From the human T2T-CHM13v2.0 reference genome, Homo sapiens: a DNA stretch of 64,000 nt. Each line of letters starts with the position of its first letter. The stretch's first letter is position 1. Below are positions 50,561-64,000 of this stretch, piece by piece. The notes beneath the pieces were generated by a model that searched no databases, was not told the DNA's origin, and saw only the letters and a program-made list of their open reading frames with translations. The position numbers and the translations under genes were made by a program. The DNA is taken from assembly GCF_009914755.1 (NCBI RefSeq), contig NC_060931.1, one strand, 5' to 3'.

Positions 50561-53500
50561 GATTAGTAAGTTGAATAAGTAAAGTTAATTCTAGAATGTT
50601 TTCACGTAAATTGAGTTTCAAGCTATGTTTTAAAGAGAAAAATAATAAAGGTTCATGGACTAAAAGGGAATAGATAACACTGGCTGAGCTAAGAGGACAT
50701 GGATATCTGTGTTATGCATACATGGATGTGTAAATGGAAGGCTACTGATGCAGCTCTGAAGCAGATCAAATGGAATTCTGAGTGTAATTGCTCATCTTCA
50801 TTTTTGAAGAGGAATGAAATTTCCTTATTATTCAGGTTTCACAAGAAGAAGGTGTTCTATTGCTCAGTGAATTACCCTTCAGCGTGTAAGGCCATGCACT
50901 CATTTTGTTTGAATAATCAGAATGAAATAAATTGCCTGATCCAAAATGGGCACATAGAAGTTCATTACAGGAAACAGAATAGGATCAATGCCTTAGTGCA
51001 GTGAAAGCTGTTGGATTATATGTAGCAAATGGTCAAAGAGCTCTGTGACCTTATTATTAAACTGAACAATATTAACATGGTTTATACCACTACACTAGTG
51101 TCTGGGTAGCATTAGAGACAGAAGATGATCAGCTCATTAAGTAATTAGATGAGTGATTTTCTCCTATGGTTTTATGAAAAAAATGGCAATAGCGAGAATG
51201 AATCATGTAGAAATGAAGAAGAAAAAGCTTAATGTGAGTGTGAGCTAGTTACCAAGAGACCTAATTGTGCTTAGAAATAAGATCAAACCTATAAATAATC
51301 CAAGAGGGCTCCAGTTGTTTACTAGGTAGATATAATGATCCTGGTCTTTCTCTGTGTAAAAGAGATTTTCACTGGCAAGTTTGCCAAATTATAGTTCCTA
51401 ACTACAATTTGTTGAGTGTAGCCCTGGCACAATGGAAAGAAATGTACCTTCATTTTTGATTGATCCTAAATAGTTACCAATGATCCCCAGTCTCACTGAT
51501 GCTTATAATATATGTGAGAATACTAGGATGAGAACTTACTAGGAAATAATAATCAGTTCCCAGTGGAGTAGCTGAGACTGAGGTTGGCTAAGATCCCCAG
51601 TTGGGATCTGGGAAGGGTTAACTGCATCAGAACACATGGAGCATCCAAGAACAATCACAGACCCAGCACGGTGCCAAGCTTATTTTATGAGCTACTATTT
51701 AAAAAATGGCAAATGTTAATAAGCATTTTATGACAGATCTCCCAGAGAGATATAAAACGAAACCCAAAACCCCAAATTAACGAGGATGCTAATATTCATA
51801 GGAAGTTAAACATTTTAAAATATAAATAATTCTAGAAGTTTTAAATAATGGTATATATAACTGCAGAGTATAAAACCTGGGTAATAACTAATAAATATAT
51901 CAGCCAAAAAAGAGATTAAAAATTACGTCTGTATAAAATTTCCTTAAAGCAAGCTCCTTCTCTTTTTCCTACCTAGTTCTTTTTCCACTTCTTTTTCTTT
52001 CTATTGAAGAACTCTCTTTTGACAATTAACAGATAATGTGCCCTGCCAGGATAAATTGGCCCAGATATTATGAGCCTAACCTCAATAATGCCTCTAAAAT
52101 GTAACCTTTAAAAAAAGAGCAAAGTGGGTCAGAGTTTTCAGCAAAGGGTGAAGCAAGGCCCATCAACATAGATTAAACCATGTAACTTAAGCATATTTGT
52201 TCACAAAAAATAAGAGCATAAAATATAGTTAAATTATTGTATTGCACATTCCACATTTAGATTTAAGTTTAATAGGGGAGAATTAGAATTTTTCTTTTAC
52301 CTTTTTTTTTTTTTAAGGACTCTCCTTTTGTAATCTTTTTAAACCAATAAGTGACACAGGGTGAGGACTCCTAGGGCCAGGAGGACCTCTCCTATGCAAG
52401 GTATATTATTGAAGTATTTTTCTTTTTTGTGGTCTAGATTCAAGAATGCATCCAAATTATGTTGGCTTCCATCTAAAGAGACTGATGTCAGATTTTAGTG
52501 ACCAGTGACATTACAACAGATGTTCCTTGGCAGGCAAGAAAACAGAGGGGCTATTAGATTAGGCTAGACGGGGTAGACCCTAGAAAATATTAACTCTAGT
52601 TCCATCTAATCTACAGCAAGTACACTTGGCATGATTATCAACATGAAGATTGAGCAAGAGAAAATTTACCATCATTTATGTGATATGTCTACCTTGAATC
52701 TTTGCAACTTTTAAAAATTCTACTCTTCGTAGAAACATGTCACAAAGTAATAAACACTGGAATGATACACATTGAAGAAGTAGTTATTGACATTGCTTCT
52801 TAGGGCAGTTGTAAAGAAAAGAATAAACAAAGCATCCAAAATTGACATTATGGTCATATATTTCTAATGCAAATTTAATGGCAATTCTATCCATAGTTAT
52901 TATGGCTAGGTTTCAATTACATAGCCACTGACCAATAATTCAGCCTTCTAAATACCATCTGAACTGTATAAATATGAACAGAGAGAAAAGACAGTGGAGG
53001 TTACAGTTCTATTCAAAGTTTATACACTAGTGACTTGAATAGTATGAAGAAAATATAAGCTGTCTATTCACTTCAAAGTTAAAATGAAATATGGCCATAC
53101 TTCATGTTATTTGCATTTCTCTTTTATTGACAATTTTATAGGGAAGATGCCTATTTCAAAGATCCTCTAAAATTTCCATATGAGATTTAAGAATGATTCA
53201 AATTTTAAAGTTGCCAAATCGTGTCAATGTCTTCTTTAAAAATTTCTCTTTTTCCTCTCTCTTTTTACTTCTTATGCCATTATACAAAATTTCCTGGAAT
53301 ATAACATTCTCAATACCCAAAGCCTTGTAAAAATCCTTCACTACTTCTCATTTTTTTAATGAGAAAAAGAAAAACAAAACTATCCTTGCCCCTTGCCTCT
53401 AACTCACTCACAGGAACCCTAGGCAAACTGGTCAATGAGCTGTTCCTAAACATAAAGATTTTACTTCTTGCCTTTTTGCTTGAGTCATCCTATATTTAAA

Positions 53501-53921
53501 TGCTGTGTCTCTTTCACTATGCCGTATCAGTGGTTATCTCTTTTTTTTTTTTCAATTCTTCAGTGATTATTGTGTATATACACTACTACTGTATTATTAT
53601 GACTTGTAACCCAAGTCATGTATACCTATAGTATATTTTCTACCATACTAAGTTAACTGAATCTATTTGTTATACATTTTTAATATCTCAAGAGGCTGGG
53701 CCTAGTACCATGAAGGCAATGTGAAATATGTAGCATGCATTCAATAAATATTTATGAGAGAATGTATTATATTGAATTATATTCAGAAAGTTTGGATTGG
53801 TTTTTAGAAATTTGAGTTACCTGTTTTCACAGCTTTCTGAAAGAGCATAATATTAACAAACATATAGCTCTGTACACTAAGATGATAGGAATTTTATTTA
53901 AAAGTTCGGATCCTGCACTAT

Positions 53922-54290
53922 TGCTATATACTGAGTTGTATCTCCCTCAGATCCACATGTTGAAATCACCAATGTGATGGTGGTATTTGAAGGTGAGGTC
54001 ATGAGTGTGAGGTTCCTATGACGGGATTAATGCCCTTCTCAGATGAGACCTGAGTGCACTTTCTCTCTCTGTCTCTCTCTCTCTCACTCCCCTTGCTTTC
54101 TCTCTCTGCCTTGTTTTTTCTCTGCCATGTAACAGCACAGTGAGAAGATGACTGTCTGCAAGTCAGGAAATAGGTCTTCGTCAAGAACCAAATTGGCTGG
54201 CACCTTGACCTTCACATGCACCAGAACTGTGAGAAATAAATTTTTGTTTAAGCTACTTGATCTATAGTGTTTTGTTATAGAAGCCCAAGA
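53922..54290 (+). mobile_element. MaLR solo LTR (MLT1A/MSTD-like)
   Basis: tgctat...atgttgaaa...gggattaatgccctt...ctggcaccttgacctt...ccagaactgtgagaaataaat...ttgttatag. Confidence 0.78.
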
Positions 54291-55592
54291 ATCCTGATAA
54301 AACTATCAACACAACATTTTAAGCATTTGTTTTAGAAAAGATTTCTAATGTTTCTACAGAAACACTTGATGAACTTAAAGAAAATACCCATTTTATGTAG
54401 CAGAGTAGCTAATTCAATTTAGAGAAGATTGGGCAAAAATTACTGGTGATTCTGGGGATAATTGATATAAAATTCTGCTTCAGCATTATGCCACTTTTCC
54501 TTTTAAATGTAAAGGAATTGGGTCATAAATAAAAAATTCCTATGTGCTTTTCAAACTTTCAGGAATATATAAATTTTCTTTTAAAGTACTTTGTGTTCTA
54601 ATATAATAGATCAGAAAAACTTTTCATATAGTTTTGACATATATAAAATATAGATTTTATCAAGACTGCATTTACTTGATTAGAAGAGACTCTACCTATA
54701 TTCTTATTCCTGTGTTGCTTTAACTCATTTCTGAATAAGGATGATTCTCACAAATTTGCTTTAGAGCGAATGTCAGTGCTGAGATCATAAGTAAACAGTT
54801 TACAATTTTTAAAGAGGCTCTGGGAACACAATTGCTTCCCAAATCTTTTGAAATATGTCATCACAGATAGTTCCTCCAATTTGAAAAATTATGCTATTAA
54901 TAGTATTAAGAGTAAAAATGAAAGTATGTCTATAAAGGCCACTTTATTTTATTGTTAACAGGTGGTTAAAAGTAGGTGCAGGCCTAGGAGGCATGGCTAG
55001 TAAGGTGATAAGAAGGAATTTGTGTTACATTTTTCTATCAATATGGAAGGGTCCAGACGTTGGAGAAGAACTGAATCATAATAGGTGACCTTTTAAGTGT
55101 TGGGCTGAATGGCACATATTATATGAGACACACACATTCTCTCTTTTCTATGTGTACTTAGTAAATTAACTCTGAATGTCCAGCTTTTGAGTATAATTTA
55201 TCATGTTCTAGACAAGGGAATTTTGAAGGCTGGAATGTTTTTCTCTCTTGTCTTCCATAGCCCATGTATTTTCTGGTTTCACCTTTAGCCCCTTTTTAAT
55301 TTTAATTTTTACTACTAAAGTTCTTAGAGTCAACATTTTATTCCTAACCTCCCCCAAAAAGAATGCTGCAATTTCATCCTTAAAGGCAGATATTTTACTA
55401 TTGTCCCAGTCTTTAAAATCTACTACTTTCATAACTATAAAATAGTTCTTTTATTGCTGAATTGAATTTGTATACATCTTCCCAACTGACAAGATAAATT
55501 CCAGGGATTTTCTGATCCTATTGGGTAATGACTATTCAGTATTATTAGAAGTTCTGACTACATCATTGGTTACATGGCTTTTGGGTTTAGAT

Positions 55593-55816
55593 CAAGGGTC
55601 AGCAATTTTTTTCTGTAAAAGACTACATGGTAATTATTTTTGGCTTTGTAGGCCATATGGGTCTGTCCTAACTACTCAATTGTGCCTTGTATCATGAAAG
55701 CAGCCATAGGCAATATGTAAAAAAATGGCTGTGGCTGTGTTCTGATAAAACTAATTACAAAAAAACAGGCTGCGGACTGGATTTAGCTCACAGGCCATAT
55801 AGTTTACTGACTCCTG
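55593..55816. mobile_element. MER58A-like hAT-Charlie DNA transposon
   Basis: TIRs CAAGGGTCAGCAA...TTTACTGACTCCTG. Degenerate 8-bp flanks GTTTAGAT and GTATGGAC. Confidence 0.8.
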
Positions 55817-58636
55817 GTATGGACATATAGATTGATAAAAGTCATGAAGTAAACATTTCTATCTCTAGAATCATACAATGGTAAAGTTAGCTATCTCATA
55901 TCTTAGTTACATGATATTATTCAAGTGGGAGTACAAGGACACAATAATTTAAAGTTAATAACATTTAAGTTAAATTCTTTAAAAGAAATGCTTAAAGAAT
56001 CTACAAGTGCAAACTTGTTAGAGAAAAAAGAAATCTATTAATGATAAGGTATAATCGCTTTTATTCATATATATAATAAAAGTTGCATTTTAGAGTTCTT
56101 AGCTTTTTTATAACTTCAGCAATTCACTCTATGGAAATGTTACCCAAATTTCCATCTGCCATCTTATGCTATCTCTACAGCTACATTTCTACATTTCAAG
56201 TGCATACCTGAATATTTCCACTTGGCTAACCCTGCCATGGCCTCAAATATAAACTGTATAAAATATACTTTCCAAAATTAGCTCTACTTTTAGACCTAGA
56301 ATTTTCACCAATATAACTATTCTTAAATTAAAAATGTTAGAGTTAAAGAGTCATATGATCAACTTTGACTCTTTTATTTTTATCTCTCTTCTATTGTCTG
56401 CTACTAAGTCCCCAAAATATTTCCCTCTATCGTATGTCCACAATTTATTTATTTTTGCCTATTTCATATTACTGTTGTTTCTATGACTTCAACCTTGCAC
56501 TGCTACAGCAGCATACTAGCTGGCATTCAGGCCCATGTGTCTTATCTTTCTAATTTATTCTGTACACGCTGACAGATAAAACACTGCTTTCATCAGGTCC
56601 TTGCTCATACCACTTATCGAACAAGGTCTAAAATACTGATCTTGACATTTATAGCCTTCCACAAAATCACCCCAGGCTCCAGATCACATCTTCAGAGCTC
56701 AATCCACCCACTTTTCTGTGAACACATTTAATGTTTTTGTTTTTCTTACCTCAAACACTTAGCTTATAGAATTGATCTTATCTTGTATTCTTTTATCCTC
56801 TCTACTTCTTCTAATATTATGGTACAAGTCAAGTCCCAACCCGTACTTTAAGTCTTTCCTCAGCTCTTCAGCTTCAAATGATTGGCTTTGCAATTGATAA
56901 GTTTCAGTCTTTAATTCTTGTTAGGTGACATTAACAGTGATCTAATTTTCCTAAAAAATATAAGCTCTCTGGTTTAAAGATCTTCATTCTTTCCTAACAT
57001 TTATAGCTTTTTCTACAGTCTTCCAAATGCAAAAACAGTGGAATGAGTAATTGAAATGAGAAATTCTGATGTGCTAGGGGGGACAGAGAGCAGCTTCTCT
57101 ATAGTCTTTGTTGATTGATTTAATGTTTACTATATAATTATTTTTGTCATAAAAATAGCACAAGTTCATTTTTTTATTTAAGTCTCTGACCATATAAGTA
57201 AGGATAAAGATGAAAATAGCAAGAACTTGGCGAGTAAATAATATGGAGTTCTGAAAACAGCCACGACCATCAAAGGAAGAAAATTTTGTCTTCTTGCAAT
57301 TAGTAAAAGATACTTCTACATTCTTAAGATTCTCCACTTCATGTTTCTATAGAAATATAAGCTGTACGAAAAAGCAGTCTTTCATCTACTCAGGAAACAA
57401 AGAAAAAGACTGTCTTCATATGGAAGTTAAAGGGATTGTTCTAAATATATTTATGAATATATCACTTGTTATAATGCAACTTTCACTTCCCAGATATCCT
57501 GAAAATGGATAAGATTGCTGAGGTACAGCAAGTTGTTTGACAAATATGCCAAGATTAGGAAGCACTATGTAAGTACAGGCAGAGAAAGAGACACCAGTAA
57601 TAGGAAATCAAAAATGGAACAATCAGAAAGATAGGAGAAAGTCGCACACTGAAGATGCTAAAGACCCTTTTATCACAGAGGGAGTGGGTAACAAGTATTC
57701 ACTACTACAAGGTGGCCACCCAGGATGAAGAACGAACAGTTTTCCGATTTGGAAATGCAAAGGTTGCTGGTAATCACAGACAGAATAGTTTTTGTACAGA
57801 TTGTGTGTCAAAACCCAAAAGGCCCATATGCATACATTCACTTGGGTTATGAACAAACAGGAAGAGGGAAGAAATTAACGTTTAATGAAGACAGCATGTG
57901 CCAACTACTCTAAGGCTTTTGTGTTCTTAGCCTTAAAGGGAGGAAATGAATCATCCAAGGTTGTGCAGCTTATACGTCATTGTTTGGAACTGAGGCTGTT
58001 TTCACACTTGTGCTGCTTCTACTGATCTTGTATTTCCTCCAGTGGTGTTTTATAAAGATATGGTTTTCATCTGCTTTACCTAATTTTATTTCACATTTTG
58101 ATCTCTGGGTATTGTTTGTGCATCTATTATGAAAATTTGAATAATCCTAAAATATCATTTGGTCCAAACCCCTCTTTTTTTTTAATCTAAATAAATTGAG
58201 GTCCAGAAGGTGAAGGGATGAGTAAGACACACTGTATTAGTAAAAGAATGGAGACTAAAACTTATGTTTCCTGATTCCCAAACTCATGCTCATTTTCATT
58301 ATAACCTCTATATAGAACCCAAAATATATGCAAATCAATGCCTGATTCAAGAAGGAGTTAGCAGGGCATGACAAGAAGATCTCATATCACTCAATTTCTT
58401 AAAGAATGATTTGAAATGGAGGAGAACGACTTTCAGTTCTATATACTTAAGTCTCTATAACTGTAAAGGGAGTCACAGTTATGTTTTACCCAAAGTTGAT
58501 GGTGGGAGATACATAATGAGAATTATGCAAATAAAATAAAATCCTAAAAACTACTGCAACTAGCAATTTAAGATTATTTGGAAACTAAGTTTTATGTTCC
58601 AGAAGAAGACTTCTAAAAGGAAGATTATAAAAACAG

Positions 58637-58640
<4 letters not shown>

Positions 58641-58677
<37 letters not shown>
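58641..58677. repeat. Pure poly-T run (37 nt)
   Basis: Directly visible. Confidence 0.95.
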
Positions 58678-58682
<5 letters not shown>

Positions 58683-59637
58683 ACAGAAGCATTTTTTTCT
58701 TAAAAAGGCAGTTTTTTTTCACTGTACAGAAAATGAAGTCCCAGATCAAATCAGCAAAAACTGGAATTCTGCTCTACATCTTCAAATTTTTGTGTCAACA
58801 TGAAATACGTAACTACACATGGGAGAGCAAAATACGTTTTTTATAAATTAAAGTTGCTCGCATATTCAATTATGTATTATGCTACATTTTAAATACGCAG
58901 CAGGAGCTGTATGCTATAAGTCAATATGAGTAAAAATAATCATGTGCTCTTTAAAGACTGAATTTGCTATGTCTGGAAGAAACAACATATTCCAAATCTT
59001 GAGTTTCTATATTCCCTATAATATCTAGTAAATAATTATGGCAAAGTTGAACATTCTCATTACCCATTTCTGCAAGATTCCACGTTATTTAGTGGTGCAG
59101 ATTGTAATTAAGTAAATAAGTCTGCCATTTAAAAATCAGTACTAAATATGAACAGAATTGTGGATAGCCATGAAAATGAAAGAGATGTCATTCTGAGAAC
59201 TTCTGAAAAAGTTAACTAATTCTATTACATTGTATGTATGCACATATATAATGCATATAGGCAAGGAGGTAAGAATCTTATTGCTTATTACGGTGGCAAG
59301 CAAAATGCTGTGGATACCGTAATCTAAAAACAAACAAACAAACAAACAAACAAAAAAGCTTCAGTGTACCATTTATGTCATAAGTGAAAGCTTGGCCTGA
59401 CTTTCTTTCAGACATAAATGAGAGAAAAATTCAAGAATTATGAGCTAATGCCAAAGAACAATGGGAACAATTTAAAAAGACATGTTTCTATGTCCTGATG
59501 TTTTGTGGAATGGCTCATAGCAGATTTATATCTGCTTTGCTCTGTTTGCTAAGCATGGTGTCCAAGTGGCAAATGCATCAAAACAGTAGTTAAACTAGCG
59601 ATGCTGGAGAAATGAACTGTGGAATGGGGCCTCCCAC

Positions 59638-59741
59638 CTCTTGCCTGTCGCCCAGGCCCACAGCCTTCCTGTGCTCCAGGGCTGTCTTGTTGCACGCTCC
59701 AAGGGACTAATTGGCATCTGCGCCATTTGTGAGTCTTCCAC
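59638..59741 (-). CDS. THSD7A: THSD7A coding exon (104 nt, phase 2-1): WKTHKWRRCQLVPWSVQQDSPGAQEGCGPGRQAR
   Basis: Acceptor gtcttgtag|G, donor AGAG|gtggga. Lies inside ORF 59549..59842. Confidence 0.94.
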
Positions 59742-60986
59742 CTACAAGACAGGAACAGAAGCCCAGTGGGGAAGAAGCAAAAATGCCAGCAAATCACAGA
59801 GACACAGCAGCATGGAAACATGACTTTGACCACTGCAAACACAGTTATTTAGCAATGCTCAGTTCTATCTAAATTTAATTTAGATCTCCATCTAGGCTTT
59901 AGAAGAAGTAACATTAAATATAAAAGTACTTTCTCTGGCAGTGAAGACAAGAGTACATCATTGTCAAGTTCTATAGGACTCTACAGAGAACATTTAGACT
60001 TTTTAATGATTAGGACTGCCAACAAATGCACCAGATGGCCCCAGAAGTGATGCATGCCATTTAAATAATGTATATTTATTTTATTCAAGTTATGAAACTG
60101 TATTCAAGTCATGAGTCTTTTGTATAGTGCTCTTTTGGTTAGCATTGTAGGAGTATCTCAGCAACTGTAAGTATAATATGCTTTACAAAAACAAATTCCA
60201 AAAATAAATAAGTTTGAACCAGTAGTTGTCAATGTGCATGGTGTAAGTATACAATTATAGTATTTGTCATCTCAGAATTAAAGATTGATATATTAAGATG
60301 CCAAATTTGACAATGTCATCTTAAATATTTATTTTGTGATTACATTTTTCATTAATTGATGCCATAATACTTCATTTGCTGTCAGGACTGCAAATGTATA
60401 CGTCAGATTTCTATTAGATAATTTCTGTCTTAATCATAAGGAGGTAAAATTTCTCTAACAAATTATCAAGATGATATATAGCTTCGATAACTACAATTTT
60501 ATTTGAGGTGATCACAAATGAACAGAACAGCCATCTTACCAGCATCATTGAGATACAGATGTCATTTCCTGAGCCAGAATGTGAGCATTTATGATTACAA
60601 ACAGGTGCTCTTTGGAGCAGGGGAGTAATGCTTAGGCTAGTCTTCTAAGTGAAAAAGAATTTCTTCCTAAAGTATACATGTTTCATAATTATTAATCACT
60701 TTTCAGCATTTCTTGTATGTTATATCAACATAAGACATTTCCCCAAACTACTGGAGCTAACACGTCACCTTGGAAGTTTACACAAATATTTGCCTTCTTG
60801 TACATCATTTCAGTAGCACAGCAGCTCTGCTGAAGAGACAAGAATGGCAGCTACAGCCATAAACATCCCAACTCCATTGAGCCTGTGGAAGGAACAGTGT
60901 TGACTTCCTTTCCTTATCCTAGGAAAGGATGTGGAGTTGACGTATTTGTTCAGCTCCTCCCTCACGATGCATTTCTCTAACCCTAC

Positions 60987-61119
60987 CTGTAGCTTTGGCA
61001 CGCTTGAGGTGCCTCACAGGCCTTCTCTTCATAGAGGGGATCTGTGCAGTCTCGGCCCCCGTTGGCTGGCAGCTGAATGATGACCCGATGCCTAGACTGC
61101 TTCCTGATACTGGAGTCCC
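60987..61119 (-). CDS. THSD7A: THSD7A coding exon (133 nt, phase 1-2): (G)DSSIRKQSRHRVIIQLPANGGRDCTDPLYEEKACEAPQACQSY(R)
   Basis: Acceptor cttcattgcag|GG, donor ACAG|gtaggg. Frame joins the next exon. Not in frame in the ORF track. Confidence 0.93.
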
Positions 61120-64000
61120 CTGCAATGAAGCAGTTTTTTAACCTCTGTACTTTACACTGATGAGATAATCTCTAAATACCAGTCTGTGTGAAGAAATTAC
61201 ATTGCCTCCAGCTACATGTGCTTTGACATCCCTGAGAGGCTTCACCTGGTCTAAACATTCACTAAATTCTCCCAAAGACCATTTATATCAAAAACCCAAT
61301 CAATTCATATTTAAAAATAGAGAAAATGTGAAGAATGGAGAAAACAGTTCTGTAGGCAGTTAGCCTTCCTAAGGTGCAGTCACAAAGTAATTGCTCTTTT
61401 GTATAATTCTTTCCCTTGAGGAATATGACAGATCTAATTAATTTATTTTCCTCTACCTTAAATTCATTGTCATGCTATTTTGCCTAGCCCTGTTTATCAC
61501 ATGGGACTCATACACATGTAATGAATCTTCTTTAGGAGAATATATTCAGTGCTATAATGTGAAATTTTATTTCTTTGTTATTCATTTAATTTGAAATGCA
61601 TAACTTGTAAATTATTCCGGTCATTTATTATTCATGTTAGACAGTCTAAGACCTTCAATTCAGGTCACATTCTAAACATTAGGGATCTAAGTAGTAAAAT
61701 GAAAGTGGTTTCTTAGAGGCAGACACAGACTTTTTAGAGAAGCAGTCAAAATAGCAATAATTACTATAAATAAGTAACTCTAAAGTATGTTAAAAATGGA
61801 AAAAATTAAGATACACTTTCAATAAAGACATCAACTTGACAGTATGACTGATGTAAGGATTCAAAAATCTTTTAGTATACAGATCATGTAGCGTATAAAA
61901 CTTGCCAACTTTAATAAAATATATTTCAATTAAGATTACGTACACTTTAACGATGAATAGCTGCATGGCACAGGGTTTTACTTACAAAATAATTCTCTAA
62001 AGAATTATGTTAATAGAATCCTCCTGATGCATTTTCATTATTTTGCAAGATCTTCAAATATTTCATACATAGACTACAGGAACAGAAATATTTTAAAGGA
62101 TTAGCAGCTCCTAACAATTAATGTTTAATCAGAAATCAAATGAAACCTTTTTAAAAGATACTGTGGTGGTGGAGAAAGTATGATTTGATGATTAGAACAT
62201 TGCCATAATGGAATATCCTTTCTCATTCAGTCAAAGATATTCTTCAACACGGTCTGGGCAACTGACTCACTGCCATGTTTAGAGAGGATTTCTGTATTGG
62301 ATGGGAGAATGGATCAGTAAATGGCTGACTTCATAGGAGAATCTCTTTAACAACAACAACAACAAATTTCTGGGCCTATACCCAGGACTACTAAATCAGA
62401 ATCTGGAAGCTGGGTTTGGGAATAGGATATTTAAAAATCTTGCCAGGTATTTGGGATGAAGGGCCTGGTTTGAAATCTACTGTAATACACGACCTTGTAT
62501 GACCTATCCCAATGTAAGATTCTGGGCTTATATGTAACTTTTTAGAATTATTATTCCCGTTGTGGGGTGTCGTCTGTACTATTAATGATGGCATAACTAT
62601 TTTAATGAATAAGCGGGATACTACAGGTAATGGAGTAGGGAATTGGGGGCTAGAAGTATTGGGCAGCAGAGAATTAAAGTATTTGAAAATATTGTCATGG
62701 ACTTTTAATTGTAGCAGTAGTTTGAATGCCAGCTGCAACTTTTACATGTTAAATATAATTTATCTAGGGAAGATCTAAGAAATGTCAACAGGACTTTTAA
62801 TAAATTGCTAATGCAGTCTCCATCTATTATATTGTCAAAATGACCTGTATTTTAAGGCCCAGGTGATAAATTCCTTTAATAATTCAGAGCTAGGGAAAAT
62901 TCTGTCTCCCTTGACAATCTGTAAAGAATCCATTGTACTTCTATTTTTTGCTTTGGTCACCAGAATCTCAGAGCTAATTTTCTTCTCAGTTGAAGGAGCT
63001 TGCCACAGCTTTGATTTTCTAGCATAATTTTTCTCTCCCTCTTCCTTCTACCCCCTTCCTATTCACTACCTGGATTTGCCCTTCTTTTACAATTTCTATT
63101 TTTTTCTTTTGTTTTATGTGTATGAACTGTCCATAATCTTTTTTTTTTAAAGTATACAAACTAATTAGACTCACATTTGTTTAACATTGGGGGAAGCAGG
63201 GAGGTTTCTGTTTTGTTTTTTAATGGGGAGGTAAGACGTAAAGGGCTCAAATGGGTTTTTGTTTCCCAGTTGGTCAAAATTCTTAGAGGCAATTACTCTC
63301 CAATCTGCAGATAGAGGACAGACACAGGATTAAGACCAGGGGATTTGGGGGCTGGTGGAGACAATGAGTTCAGCATTAGTGGCACCTCATAGACTAAAGC
63401 TCCTACTTATTAACTACCTAGATGGCACCTGGTGCATAGCCAGGGCTGTTCTACTTGAGGAAGCAGCTACCAAACATTAATGTTTCAATTCTATTTTGTT
63501 TGTTGATTTGAAAGAAAAAATGTCACTTAGAATACATTTCTGAAACATTCTCCTAATGCCTTCTCATCACAAACTCCACAAATTAGTACTAGATATATAA
63601 GACTATGATGACTCTCTTCACGTCCTTAATGGATTCCAGAGTGGCAATCCATTTATTCTTATGAAAAGTTCAAATTCCTTAACCTGGTACAGCCTACAGG
63701 ATAGAGATTGTGACCTGATTCAAGTGGAACTCTTCAAAGATATGACACCCAGAGAAGACGTTTAATGGGGTTACACAGGAAGTGTCAATGACATCTATGT
63801 TTTTACCCATTGGGAGGTCTGTTTCTTCTCATATTGCAGTTAAGAAATTGCTTGTGTACTCAAAGTTACAGCGCTGTAGAGCTTTGCCAGGTTATACAGT
63901 CCTCAGATCAGAGAGCAGAAAAAAAGGAAGCTATACAGCACACATTAAAAACAAAAAATGAAAGTTTCATCATTAATAACTTGAGCTGGCAAACTGGGAA

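Noticed and set aside
60028-60043. CTCF-like GCACCAGATGGCCC, plus weaker matches near 32685 and 63415
   Set aside because: They mismatch at informative core positions and are expected by chance in 64 kb.

Overview
This window is AT-rich human genomic DNA. It carries Alu, L1, MaLR and MER repeats, and a human-specific pre-Ta L1HS fragment fixes the species. The whole window lies inside one large minus-strand gene, THSD7A (thrombospondin type-1 domain-containing 7A). I delimited 14 coding exons by their GT-AG boundaries. They splice into one uninterrupted 2043-nt frame (681 codons) of Cys/Trp-rich TSP1-type repeats, from ...GDSSIRKQSRHRV to ...LETKSCY. From memory these are roughly exons 10-23; that numbering is not verified. 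Four of these exons, and the 6-nt microexon, are not represented in frame in the supplied ORF track. The introns hold Alus, old and young L1 pieces, two nested ERV1 LTR pairs, a complete MST-type MaLR provirus, a Tigger1 fossil and MER DNA transposons. I see no evidence of a new gene or a wholly new system. The most interesting stretch is 23.8-27.9 kb. It holds a 6-nt Ala-Gln microexon with a distant branch point, a CTCF-like site, a pre-Ta L1HS insertion, and a polypyrimidine-CAG-(UG)n junction that resembles a TDP-43-repressed cryptic acceptor.
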